Source of the DNA: Eledone cirrhosa
Lineage: Eukaryota
Length of the DNA stretch: 64,000 nucleotides
NCBI GenBank assembly: GCA_964016885.1
Contig: OZ024745.1
Coordinates: 10,168,001-10,232,000, forward strand
Reading direction: 5' to 3'
In this document: positions 52,478-64,000 of the stretch, piece after piece
Numbering within the stretch: the stretch's first letter is position 1
Layout of the letters: the number at the start of each line of letters is the position of its first letter
Translations under genes and position numbers: made by a program
The notes under the pieces: generated by a model
What the model was told of the DNA's origin: nothing
What the model saw: the letters and a program-made list of their open reading frames with translations, nothing else
Databases searched by the model: none

Positions 52478-52812
52478 ATCATCATCATCATTTTACGACC
52501 GCTTTTCCCTGCTTGCAAGGGTGGGATGGGAACTGATTCTGGCTTGATTTCTACAGCTGGATGCCCTTCCTAACACCAACCTCATTTACAGTGATACTGG
52601 GTGCTTTTTTGCCGTGGCACCTCCATGACCGCTTTGCAGTGGAATGATAGGGACCCCAGTCCCTATCATCTCATTTCTACAGCTGAGTAAACTAGAGCAA
52701 TGTGAAATAAAGTGTCTTGCTCAAGGAAACAACACATCACCCGGTCCGAGAATTGAACTCACAACCTTTCGATTGCAAGGCCAATGCTCTAACCACTAAG
52801 CCATGTGCCTCC
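52478..52812 (-). mobile_element. Full-length tRNA-derived SINE (family S2, short RTE tail)
   Basis: Head and body nearly identical to 30774-31105; last ~45 bp match the R2 3' end at 34245-34285. Confidence 0.9.
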
Positions 52813-52947
52813 AGAAAAGATTAAATAACTCACCATGTAACTAATTTAGAAGAAATTGAACACATGTTCAGTATATCAATAGTAGAGTACTGTAATTACA
52901 CAAGGGGAAGGGGTATATAGAAGGAATACAAGGAGGTTTAAATATAC

Positions 52948-53052
52948 CTTTATTACTTTATCTTGTTGTGCAATAGTTTTCTGGTTCTCAGCCAATTCAT
53001 CCTTTAATGAGTCAGTGGAATCACTCATCCATTTATCATTGGCCAACTGATT
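52948..53052 (-). CDS. Coiled-coil gene, 2nd exon seen (NQLANDKWMSDSTDSLKDELAENQKTIAQQDKVIK)
   Basis: 105 nt, TTTCTAG acceptor at 53054-53053, AAG/GTATAT donor from 52947, phase 0/0. Confidence 0.85.
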
Positions 53053-53382
53053 CTAGAAATACAAAAAATTTAGTTAAGCCAAATAAATAATTTGCATGCA
53101 TTTTCTCACACAAGTGTACATATTAAATATGTTTTTTATTAATGGTGGCAATTGCTCTCATTGAATGCTCTTACCAATAGTTAATGAAGGTTTCACAACA
53201 GTCATACCTTTTTGTTGTTTTCTTTTCCATTTTAACCATAAAAAAAAACAACATTGTAGACAGTCTCCTTCAATAGAAGATAATTTTTACTGCTCATTCT
53301 CAATCAAAGTATAATCTCCATTTTCTTTCTTGCAGACAACAGAAAGTTGGTAGCAAGCTGGTTTTATGTCTCTGATGTAGCA

Positions 53383-53660
53383 ACACACACATACACAAAC
53401 ATACACAAAAACATACACACATATACACAAACACACACACATATACACAAACACACACACATATACACAAACATACATATATACACAAACACACACAAAC
53501 ACACACATATACACAAACACACACATACACAAACACACACACACAAACAAACACACAAACATACACATATACACAAACATACACATATACACAAACACAC
53601 ACACATACAAAAACATATACACAAACACACACAGATATATACATACACACAAACAAACAA
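53383..53660. repeat. (CA/TACA/CAAA)n compound microsatellite
   Basis: Directly visible. Confidence 0.95.
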
Positions 53661-54334
53661 ATAAAAAGAAAAGCAGCATTAAATTCTGTGTGGCATAAAA
53701 TGGTGTCAGTTGTTTAAAAAAACTCTGAATATCTGTTTATATAAATTTCTATGGTAAATATTAAAAAATTAATACAGCCAATTTTTGTTGGTTTTCATGG
53801 AGAAGATGGAAACCATGTTCAGTAAATTCAAATGAAAAGTTATCTTCCAATTTTCAACCATTACTAAACTTAAAAGTACTCTCTACTGTGGTTCACTGCT
53901 GGCTTAACAGTTTCATATAAACAGAATGATCTGAAATGTTTTGAGCCACTTAAATATTCCAACAGTTTTTCAACATTAATGCCATATTTTGTTTTGTATT
54001 CTTTGTGTAGGATTAGTTTTTATAGTCATATACACAGCCTAATAACATGAGAGCAACGATAGTAAGATTTGCTTTCAGCAAATACCATTCAACTGTATGT
54101 TGAGAACAACAACAAAGTGATGCTGAAAATATAGTTACCAGCCTCTTTCATCAATATTTCTTTTTTAAAAAAAAGCCATCAAGTGGAGATACTATGGTTT
54201 ATAGAAATATAGTGACTGAATTTAGGATACGGAACCACTAAAACATCATTTCAAACATTGATTTAACCTTTTATAGAAGGGTTGGCTTGTCTATTATACT
54301 CCACAGAATATGGCATAGATCTTTAGCTAACACT

Positions 54335-54970
54335 GTATATAGTGTACAGACAGGTGTATATATACAGTGTATAGACAGGTGTATATATATAGTGTATAGA
54401 CAGGTGTATATATATAGTGTATAGACAGGTGTATATATATAGTGTATAGACAGGTGTATATATATAGTGTATAGACAGGGGTATATATATAGTGTATAGA
54501 CAGATATATACATATAGTGTATAGACAGGTGCATATATATATACAGTGTATAGACAGATATATATATATAGTGTATAGACAGATATATATATATATATAG
54601 TGTATAGACAGATATATATATATAGTGTATAGACAGACAGATTATATATATATATCTATATATATATATATATATATATGTATAGACAGATATATATATA
54701 TATATAGTGTATAGACAAATATATATATATATAGTGTTTAGACAGATATATATATATAGTGTTTAGACAGATATATATATATAGTGTATAGACAGATATA
54801 TATATAGTGTATAGACAGATATATATATAGTGTATAGACAGATATATATATAGTGTATAGACAGATATATATATATATATATATATATAGTGTATAGACA
54901 GATATATATATAGTGTTTAGACAGATATATATATATAGTGTATAGACAGATATATATATAGTGTATAGAC

Positions 54971-55012
<42 letters not shown>

Positions 55013-55343
55013 TAGACAGATATATATATATATATATAGTGTATAGACAGATGTATATATACAGTGTATAGACAGGTGTATATATATACAGTGTATAGAC
55101 AGATATATATATATATATATAGTGTATAGACAGATATATATATATAGTGTATAGACAGATGTATATATACAGTGTATAGACAGATGTATATATACACAGT
55201 GTATAGACAGATATATATATAGTATAGACAGATGTTTATATATACAGTGTATAGACAGATATATATATATATATATAGTGTATAGACAGATGTATATATA
55301 TATATACAGTGTATAGACAGATGTATATATATAGTGTATAGAC
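54335..55343. repeat. Minisatellite AGTGTATAGACAG + variable (TA)n
   Basis: Constant 13-bp core separated by variable TA runs; the same units reappear at 57025-57150 and 57390-57428. Confidence 0.95.
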
Positions 55344-55757
55344 ATTAATAAATTCTTTTTTTCGCACATATTATTAAACCCTTCAATATACAAGCCTTAA
55401 TTAAATACTATTCTTAATTCCTTTCTCTTCATGCATAAACCTCCTTAACTTTTAATTTCAAAATCTTTTAAATTATCTATTATCTTCCAACGGTTTTTTA
55501 ATTTCTCTGTGAGACAATGTTTTCTCAGTTGTAAAGGTTATTTCTCTCTCTCTATCACTCATTTCTCCTCCTCTTTCATCCTTCCTTCTTATACTCCTCC
55601 CCCACCATCTTTTATTTTTCTTTCTTCCTCACCTTTTCCTACACCCCCCCCCCCTCATTTTTTCCCAATCTCATATATCCATCTTAGTTTATTTTTCATA
55701 TGTTGATTTAAAACTTCACTGCTCACAAGTGTTTTTAAGCTTCATATCATGTCTCCC

Positions 55758-55828
55758 TATTTTATCTGATGAGAACGCAGATATCATCCCATGATGATAT
55801 TTGTTTTTGAAACGCGCATAATAAAATA
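55758..55828 (+). ncRNA. Hammerhead ribozyme motif (Penelope-type) with long stem II
   Basis: TATTTTAT-CTGATGA-[GCAGATATCATC/GATGATATTTGT stem]-GAAA-CGCGCA-TA-ATAAAATA; 8-bp stem I, near-palindromic stem III. Confidence 0.7.
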
Positions 55829-55892
55829 CTTGGAACTCTTTTAACCATCTTTTGATCTTATATTATATATAATGTATAGATAGATATATAAT

Positions 55893-57022
55893 TTTGTGTC
55901 CCAAATGCAAAGTATGGGTGCATAAAAGATGTAGTGGGATCACAGGTAAGCTAACTAAGAACATAGATTTTACATGTGGCCGGTGCTCTGGTGCAATAAG
56001 TAGCAGCAAGTGCCCACAAAATACTAGCTCTTTCAACTGCGCAGAGGGTTCTATAGAAATAGTGGACAGCTTCCGTTACCTGGGTGACAAAATCAGCAGT
56101 GGGGGAGGGTGCTCTGAAAGTACAGTAGCTAGAGTCAGAACTGGATGGAAAAAGTTCAGAGAGCTTATACCACTATTAGCCGCTAAAGGGTTCTCCCTAA
56201 AAATGAAAGGCAGTTTGTATGATGCCTGCATACGAACAGCAATGTTGCATGGCAGTGAGACCTGGGAATTGTGTGCAGAGGATATACGCAGACTAGAGAG
56301 GAACGAAGCTTGCATGCTCCGCTGGATGTGTAATAGTAATATATGTGACCGGCAAAGCATAAACGAACTAAGGAAAAGATTAGAAATAAGAGGGATCAGA
56401 TGTTGTTTACTCGAGAGAAGGCTACGTTGGTATGGTCACGTGATGCGCATGAAAGACGACAGCTGTATAACAAAGTGCAGGGCAATAAAGATAGACGGTA
56501 GCTACGGAGTAGGCAGACCCAGAAAAACCTGGGACGAACTGATAAATTCCGACCTCACACACTTACACCTCTCCAAGACAATGTCACTGGACCGAGACCT
56601 TTGGCGGTACTCAGTAATAGAGAAGACCCGCCTTACCTAAATACAAAGTAAAACCTACTACAGTCAGTAGGCATCTCTAACAAAATACACCCCCGTCCCA
56701 CCACTCCCACCCCATCCACACCGCCCCTTTCAATGTAAAGTTATGTTGGTGCCGCGCCATCCAGGCCAAAACAAATGAGGTCGTGTAGGTGTCACGACAA
56801 AAAACACACAGTCCACGCTGTAATGTGGCCGTGTAGGCAACACGGTAAAAACCTCCCAGCCCCACACTGTAAATGTGGTTGGTGTTAGGAAGGGCATCCA
56901 ACTGTAGAAAACCTGCCAGACAGTCCTATGCGAGCAAGACAATCACTCTTGCCTCAAGTGGGAAAACTCCCGTCCAAACCCATGCACGCGTGGAACACGG
57001 ACGTTAAACGATGATGATGATG
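55893..57022 (+). mobile_element. 5'-truncated RTE LINE (family R1 variant)
   Basis: Uninterrupted ORF 55894..56640 homologous to 47043-47797; 3' UTR; (GAT)n tail. Confidence 0.93.
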
Positions 57023-57151
57023 AATGCATAGACAGATATATATATATACAGTGTATAGACAGATGTTTATATATACAATGTATAGATATATATATATATA
57101 TATATGCAGTGTATAGACAGATGTTTATATATACAATGTATAGACAGATAT

Positions 57152-57765
57152 ATCATCCTCATCATCGTTTAACGTCCGTGTTCCACGCTTGCATGGGTTT
57201 GGACGGGAGTTTTCCCACTTGAGGCAAGAGTGGTTGTCTTGCTCGCAGAGGACTGTCTGGCGGGTTTTCTACAGCTGGATGCCCTTCCTAACACCAACCA
57301 CATTTACAGTGTGGGACTGGGAGGTTTTTACCGTGTTGCCTACACGGCCACATTACAGCGTGGACTGTGTGTTTTTTTGTCGTGTCTATATATATATATA
57401 CAGTGTATAGACAGATGTTTATATACAGTCATCATCATCATCGTTTAACGTCTATCTTCCATGCTTGCATGGGTTTAGATGGGAGTTGTCCCACTTGAGG
57501 CAAGATTGGTTGTCTTGCTCGTATAGGACTGTCTGGCAGGTTTTCAACCACGTTTACAGTGTGGACTGGGAGGTTTTTACCGTGTTACCTACACAGCCAC
57601 ATTACAGCGTGGACTGTGTGTTTTGTTGTCGTGACACCTACACAACCTCATTTATTTAGGACTGGATGTTGTGGTACCAACATAACTTTACAGAGAAAGG
57701 GGGTGGCGTTGATGGGGCTGGGGTAGAGGTAATTGGATGGGGGTGTATTTTTTGTTAGATAGACA
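57152..57765 (-). mobile_element. Two inverted RTE 3'-UTR fragments (57152-57384 and 57429-57765)
   Basis: Reverse complements of 56792-57022 and of ~41990-42355. Confidence 0.88.
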
Positions 57766-58591
57766 TACTAGGGCACTCAGCACAAAAATGACATGAAAAT
57801 TTGAAAACCTTCCAGAGAAAGATCTTCTCCAATCCATGCAAACATGAAAATCTTCACCATTTTAACATCTATTTTCCATGCTTGCAGGTGTTAAACAGGT
57901 TGTTATGTACTCTAGACTAGTCAGGTGACTCCACCTTGCTCGTATGCTCCATTTTCGGGATTGGTTTCTACAGTCAGATACCTTTCTTAATGAGAGCTAC
58001 TTTACAGCACGTACTAGCAGGATTTAATCGTGACTCCGCATTATCACTTTACAGGGTGGACTACGTCTTTTTCATCAAGGCACCAGCACTACCATTTTAC
58101 AGAGTGAGCTGGGTGTATTTTTGTGACATCACCACATTTATATATATTACTCTCACTAATATACCCACTCTGCATCTTACAATGTATTGAGTACTTCTTT
58201 GGTTTGTGGTTTTCCTGGGCCACAGTACCACAGACCATCAATATATATAATAATAATGAAATTATTGTGTACAGTGCTCAGGTGCACTACAACTCGTCAA
58301 AGGTGCATGTATAGTACATAGAATAATATACAAATGTCAGGGAAGTGTATGTGTCATGATATACATGTGTGTATGTGTATGGAGGGGGAACATTAGGTGT
58401 AGTGTTGGCGAATCTCAGGAAGCATGGAGGTTTTATATATATATGTGTGTATGCATGTTTATAAATACACATACACTCATATATGTCTATATGTGTGTGT
58501 ATGTATATATTCATATTATATATATATATATACAAACTATGTCAATCTCTATAAAAGTAAATATAAATAATCAATAAGATTTGCAGCTTAC

Positions 58592-58663
58592 TTTCAACAC
58601 CTCAACTTTATTCTCTAAATGTATTCTCAGCTTATTCTCTTCTTCATGTTTCTTACTCATTTC
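58592..58663 (-). CDS. Coiled-coil gene, 1st exon seen (EMSKKHEEENKLRIHLENKVEVLK)
   Basis: 72 nt, TTTAG acceptor at 58665-58664, GTAAGC donor from 58591, phase 0/0, in frame with the exon at 52948. Confidence 0.85.
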
Positions 58664-59414
58664 CTAAATTGAAGTAAACAATAAAACACACATTTATTGA
58701 GACAGCACACAAACCACAAGCTCCCAACATATCACCCAATAATCCTAATTTTATTTTAAACTTTTTACTTTGCTTCTATTTGTTTTCCTTTTTGAGTCAC
58801 AAGTGTCTTTATTGTCATTTGATCAAATTCATATATGACATTAGTGTGGAAAATAACAGGAGAGAGAGAAAGAGAGACACTGTGAGAGAGAGAAAGAGAG
58901 ACAGTAGTAAGCTGGTATTTGGTGAGAGTTAAATACAGATATGTTTGTGAAAAATGCATTTGCTGTAGATCTGTCTGCCAGGGCAGCGCGTGGGCCCCCA
59001 ATTGCTTATAATAGTAAGAGATGGAGGAGAGCGAGGCAGTGCCCAGCATTGCTGAAGTCTTATGTAATTATCAATGGTTTTAAGCCATGAACTTATCCGC
59101 CCAACTTAAGAGGTTCTTTTAGGAAATTTTGTTGCAGGATTTTAATCTGAACAGAAATACTTTAAAATGGTTTTGTTAGAGCCAGGAACAGTTTTGGAAG
59201 GGCTGATATCAGAAGGGCTACATTTGTCAATCCACTTCCCTATCTATGAGATTCTAGTAAGTTTTAAATTAAGTATGGATCGTTTGTTGTCTTTAAAACA
59301 TTTCCCACATGAATATTACATTTCTATATTCTTTTAAATTATTAGAGCAGGTGTTTTACAAAGGATGCCCTACTTAACACAAACAGCATTGTGCAGCTTT
59401 TGGTTTAACTACAC

Positions 59415-62270
59415 AAGAGAGAGAGAGGGGGGTGATAGGATGTGATAAGGGGGTGAGAGGAGGTGATAGAGGGGTGGGTGACAGGTGATAGAGGGGAGGG
59501 GTGAGATGTGAGGGGGGTGAGAGGAGGTGAGGTGAGGGTGAGAGGAGGTGATAGAGGGGTGAGAGGAGGTGATAGAGGGGGTGAGAGAGAGAGTGGAGGG
59601 GTGAGAGAAAGAGTGGAGAGAGTGGAGGGGTGAGAAAGAGTGGAGAGGGTGGAGAGAGTGGAGGGGTGAGAGAGAGTGGAGGGGTGAGAAAGAGTGGAGA
59701 GAGTGGAGGGGTGAGAAAGAGTGGAGAGAGTGGAGGGGTGAGAAAGAGTGGAGAGGGTGGAGGAGAGAGATAGTGAGAGAGAAAGAAAGAGAGAGGAGGT
59801 GTGGGGGGAGAGAGAGAGAGGAGGTGTGGGGGGAGAGAGAGAGAGGAGGTGAGAGAGGGGGGGGGGGTGATAGGCGATAGCGGGGAGGGGTGAGAGGAGG
59901 TGATAGAGATGAGAGGAGGTGATAGAGGTGAAGGGGTGAGAGGAGGTGATAGAGGGGGTGAGAGGAGGTGATAGGTGAGAGAGAGAGGAGATGATAGGTG
60001 AGAGAGAGAGTGGAGGGGTGGGAGAGAGTGGAGGGGTGAGAGAGTGGAGAGGGTGGAGGGGTGAGAGGAGGCAGAGGGTGCGAGAGAGAGAGATAGTGAG
60101 AGAGAAAGAAAGAGAGAGATAGTGAGAGAGAAAGAAAGAGAGAGGAGGGGGAGGGGGAGGGGGGGGGAGGGGGGGAGATGAGAGGAGAAAGAGAGATAGA
60201 ATGAGAGAGGGGAGAGAGAGAGGAGGAGGAGAGGGGGGGGCTGATAGGAGGAGAGGGGGGCTGATAGGAGGAGAAGGGGGGGCTGATAGGAGGAGAGGGG
60301 GGGGCTGATAGGTGAGAGAGAGAGAGAGAGGTGAGAGAGGAGGTGACAGAGAGAGAGAGATGAGAGATAGGTGAGAGGAGAGAAAGAGGAGGAGAGAAAG
60401 AGGAGGAGAGAAAGAGGAGGTGAGAGGAGAGAGAGAGGTGAGAGAGAGAGAGAGAGAGAGAGGTGAGAGGAGAGAGAGGTGAGAGGAGAGAGAGAGGAGG
60501 AGAGAGAGAGAGGAGGAGAGAGAGGAGAGAGAGGAGAAGGAGAGAGAGAGGAGAAGGAGAGAGAGAGGGGTGAGAGAGAGAGGGGGTGAGAGGAAGAGAG
60601 AGAGAGGAGGTGAGAGGAGAGAGAGAGGTGAGAGAAGAGAGAGAGGAGGTGAGAGGAGGAGTGAGAGAGGAGGTGAGAGGAGGAGTGAGGGGGGAGGCGA
60701 GAGAGAGGGGGGAGGTGAGAGAGAGGAGGTGAGAGAGAGAGAGATAGGTGAGAGAGAGAGAGAGAGGTGGTGTGAGAGAGAGAGAGTGGAGGTGAGAGAG
60801 AGAGAGAGGGGGAGAGAGAGTGGAGGTGAGGGGGAGAGAGAGTGGAGGTGAGGGGGAGAGAGAGTGGAGGTGAGAGGGAGAGATAGTGGAGGAGGGAGAG
60901 AGTGGAGGTGAGAGAGAGAGGGAGAGAGTGTGGAGGTGAGAGAGAGAGGGAGAGAGAGTGGAGGTGAGGGAGAGTGAGAGTGGAGGTGAGGGAGAGTGAG
61001 AGTGGAGGTGAGTGAGAGAGAGAGAGTGGAGGTGAGTGAGAGAGAGAGAGTGGAGGTGAGTGAGAGAGAGAGAGTGGAGGTGAGTGAGAGAGAGAGAGAG
61101 AGAGAGAGAGGAGGTGAGGGAGAGTGAGAGAGAAAGAGAGTAGAGGTGAGGGAGAGTGAGAGAGAAAGAGAGTGGAGGTGAAGGAGAGTGAGAGAGAAAG
61201 AGAGTGGAGGTGAGGGAGAGTGAGAGAAAAAGAGAGTGGAGGTGAGGGGGAGTGAGAGAGAAAGAGTGGAGGTGAGGGAGAGTGAGAGAGAAAGAGAGTG
61301 GAGGTGAGGGAGAGTGAGAGGGAAAGAGAGTGGAGGTGAGGGAGAGTGAGAGAGAAAGAGAGTGGAGGTGAGGGAGAGTGAGAGTGGAGGTGAGGGAGAG
61401 TGGAGGTGAGGGAGAGTGAGAGAGAAAGAGAGTGGAGGTGAGGGAGAGAGTGGAGGTGAGGGAGAGTGAGAGAGAAAGAGTGGAGGAGAGAGATAGAGAG
61501 ATAGAGAGAGAGTGGAGGTGTGAGAGAGAGAGAGAGAGTGGAGGTGTGAGAGAGAGAGAGAGAGTGGAGGTGAGAGAGACAGAAAGAGAGAGGGTGGAGG
61601 TGAGAGAGAGAGAGAGAGAGGGTGGAGGTGAGAGAGAGAGAGAGAGAGAGAGAGTGGAGGTGAGAGAGAGAGAGAGTGGAGGTGAGGGAGAGAGAGAGTG
61701 GAGGTGAGGGAGAGAGAGAGAGTGGAGGTGAGGGAGAGGGAGAGAGAGTGGAGGTGAGGGAGAGGGAGAGAGAGTGGAGGTGAGGGAGAGGGAGAGAGAG
61801 AGAGAGAGAGTGGAGGTGAGGGAGAGTGAGAGAGAAAGAGAGTGGAGGTGAGGGAGAGTGAGAGGGAGAGTGAGAGAGAAAGAGTGGAGGTGAGGGAGAG
61901 TGAGAGAGAAAGAGAGTGGAGGTGAGGGAGAGTGAGAGAGAAAGAGAGTGGAGGTGAGGGAGAGTGAGAGAGAAGAGAGTGGAGGTGAGGGAGAGTGAGA
62001 GTGGAGGGAGAGTGAGAGAGTGGAGGTGAGGGAGAGAGTGGAGGTGAGGGAGAGAGTGGAGGTGAGGGAGAGAGTGGAGGTGAGGGAGAGTGAGAGAGAA
62101 AGAGTGGAGGAGAGAGATAGAGAGAGAATGGAGGTGTGAGAGAGAGAGAGTGGAGGTGAGAGTGAGAGAGAGAGAGAGTGGAGGTGAGGGAGAGAGTGGA
62201 GGTGAGGGAGAGAGAGTGGAGGTGAGGGAGAGAGAGAGAGTGGAGGTGAGGGAGAGAGAGAGAGAGTGGA

Positions 62271-62308
<38 letters not shown>

Positions 62309-62998
62309 GGTGAGGGAGAGGGAGAGGGAGAGAGAGAGAGAGGGAGTGGAGGTGAGTGAGAGAGAGAGAGTGGAGGTGAGTGAGAGAGAGAGAGTGGAGG
62401 TGAGTGAGAGAGAGAGAGTGGAGGTGAGTGAGAGAGAGTGGAGGTGAGTGAGAGAGAGAGAGTGGAGGTGAGTGAGAGAGAGAGTGGAGGTGAGAGAGAG
62501 AGAGAGAGAGAGAGAGTGGAGGTGAGAGAGAGAGAGAGAGTGGAGGTGGGAGAGAGAGAGAGTGGAGGTGAGAGAGAGAGAGAGAGAGAGTGGAGGTGGG
62601 AGAGAGAGAGTGGAGGTGGAGAGAGAGAGAGAGTGGAGGTGGGAGAGAGAGAGAGAGTGGAGGTGAGAGAGAGGTGAGAGTGGAGGTGAGAGAGAGAGAG
62701 AGTGGAGGTGAGTGAGAGAGAGAGAGAGTGGAGGTGAGAGAGAGAGAGTGGAGGTGAGGGAGAGAGAGTGGGAGAGAGAGAGGTGAGGGGGAGAGAGAGA
62801 GGGGGTGAGGGAGAGAGAGAGGGAGAGAGAGTGGAGGTGAGGGAGAGAGAGAGGGAGAGAGAGTGGAGGTGAGGGAGAGAGAGAGGGAGAGAGAGTGGAG
62901 GTGAGGGAGAGAGAGAGGGAGAGAGTGGAGGTGAGGGAGAGAGAGAGGGAGGGAGAGAGAGTGGAGGTGAGGGAGAGAGAGAGAGAGAGCGTGGAGGT

Positions 62999-63035
<37 letters not shown>

Positions 63036-63594
63036 GGTGAGTGAGAGGGAGAGAGAGTGGAGGTGAGTGTGAAAGAGAGAGAGTGGAGGTGAGGGAGAGT
63101 GAGAAAGAGTGGAGGTGAGGGAGAGTGAGAAAGAGTGGAGGTGAGGGAGAGTGAGAAAGAGTGGAGGTGAGGGAGAGTGAGAAAGAGTGGAGGTGAGGGA
63201 GAGTGAGAAAGAGTGGATGTGAGGGAGAGTGAGAGAGAAAGAGTGGAGGTGAGGGAGAGTGAGAGAGAAAGAGAGTGGAGGTGAGGGAGAGTGAGAGAGA
63301 AAGAGAGTGGAGGTGAGGGAGAGTGAGAGAGAAAGAGAGTGGAGGTGAGGGAGAGTGAGAGAGAAAGAGAGTGGAGGTGAGGGAGAGTGAGAGAGAAAGA
63401 GAGTGGAGGTGAGGGAGAGTGGAGGTGAGGGAGAGTGAGAGAGAGAGTGGAGGTGAGTGAGAGAGAGAGTGGAGGTGAGGGAGAGGGAGAGAGAGAGTGG
63501 AGGTGAGGGAGAGTGAGAGAGAAAGAGAGTGGAGGTGAGGGAGAGAGAAAGAGAGTGGAGGTGAGGGAGAGTGAGAGAGAAAGAGTGGAGGAGA

Positions 63595-63640
<46 letters not shown>

Positions 63641-63855
63641 GTGAGAGAGAGAGAGAGAGAGAGATAGAGAGAGAGTGGAGGTGAGAGAGAGAGATAGAGA
63701 GAGAGTGGAGGTGAGAGAGAGAGATAGAGAGAGAGTGGAGGTGAGAGAGAGAGAGAGAGTGGAGGTGAGAGAGAGAGAGAGAGAGTGGAGGTGAGAGAGA
63801 GAGAGAGTGGAGGTGAGAGAGAGAGAGAGTGGAGGTGAGAGAGAGAGAGAGTGGA

Positions 63856-63895
<40 letters not shown>

Positions 63896-63986
63896 GGTGA
63901 GAGAGAGAGTGGAGGTGAGAGAGAGAGAGAGAGAGTGGAGGTGAGGGAGAGAGAGAGAGAGTGGAGGTGAGGGAGAGAGAGAGGGA
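59415..63986. repeat. ~4.6 kb polypurine compound satellite, core GAGTGGAGGTGAG + (GA)n
   Basis: Almost only G/A with spaced T and very few C on the + strand. Confidence 0.97.
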
Positions 63987-64000
63987 CACAATGTAATTAG

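Noticed and set aside
59405-63991. 1500-aa Ser/Leu/Pro-rich ORFs
   Set aside because: They are translations of a pyrimidine-rich repeat strand that rarely forms stop codons.

Overview
Eukaryotic, AT-rich, repeat-dense genomic DNA with no prokaryotic features. The SINE/RTE repertoire resembles, from recall only, coleoid cephalopod (Octopus-like) DNA. Bases 481-26084 are one ~25.6 kb tandem array of 28/30/33-bp units with kb-scale higher-order duplications. It sits inside a SINE-like element and its unit matches a 33-bp internal segment of that SINE; the long minus-strand 'ORFs' over it are repeat artefacts. Bases 26.2-59.4 kb are introns of a minus-strand coiled-coil gene, of which five phase-0 GT-AG exons could be read and joined in frame. 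These introns hold a near full-length, recently disabled RTE-clade LINE (TSD, APE, RT, PHD-like finger), many truncated RTE copies, tRNA-headed SINEs with RTE tails, a cluster of internally deleted RTE-like elements nested in (TA/TACA)n, Tx1/L1-like and R4-like LINE remnants, a non-autonomous Helitron, a foldback palindrome and several Penelope-type minimal hammerhead ribozyme motifs. Bases 59.4-64 kb are a 4.6 kb polypurine compound satellite. No new protein-coding system was found; the most unusual signals are the SINE-born macrosatellite, the hammerheads, the microsatellite-nested element cluster, a SINE tail swap and inverted repeats bracketing an exon.
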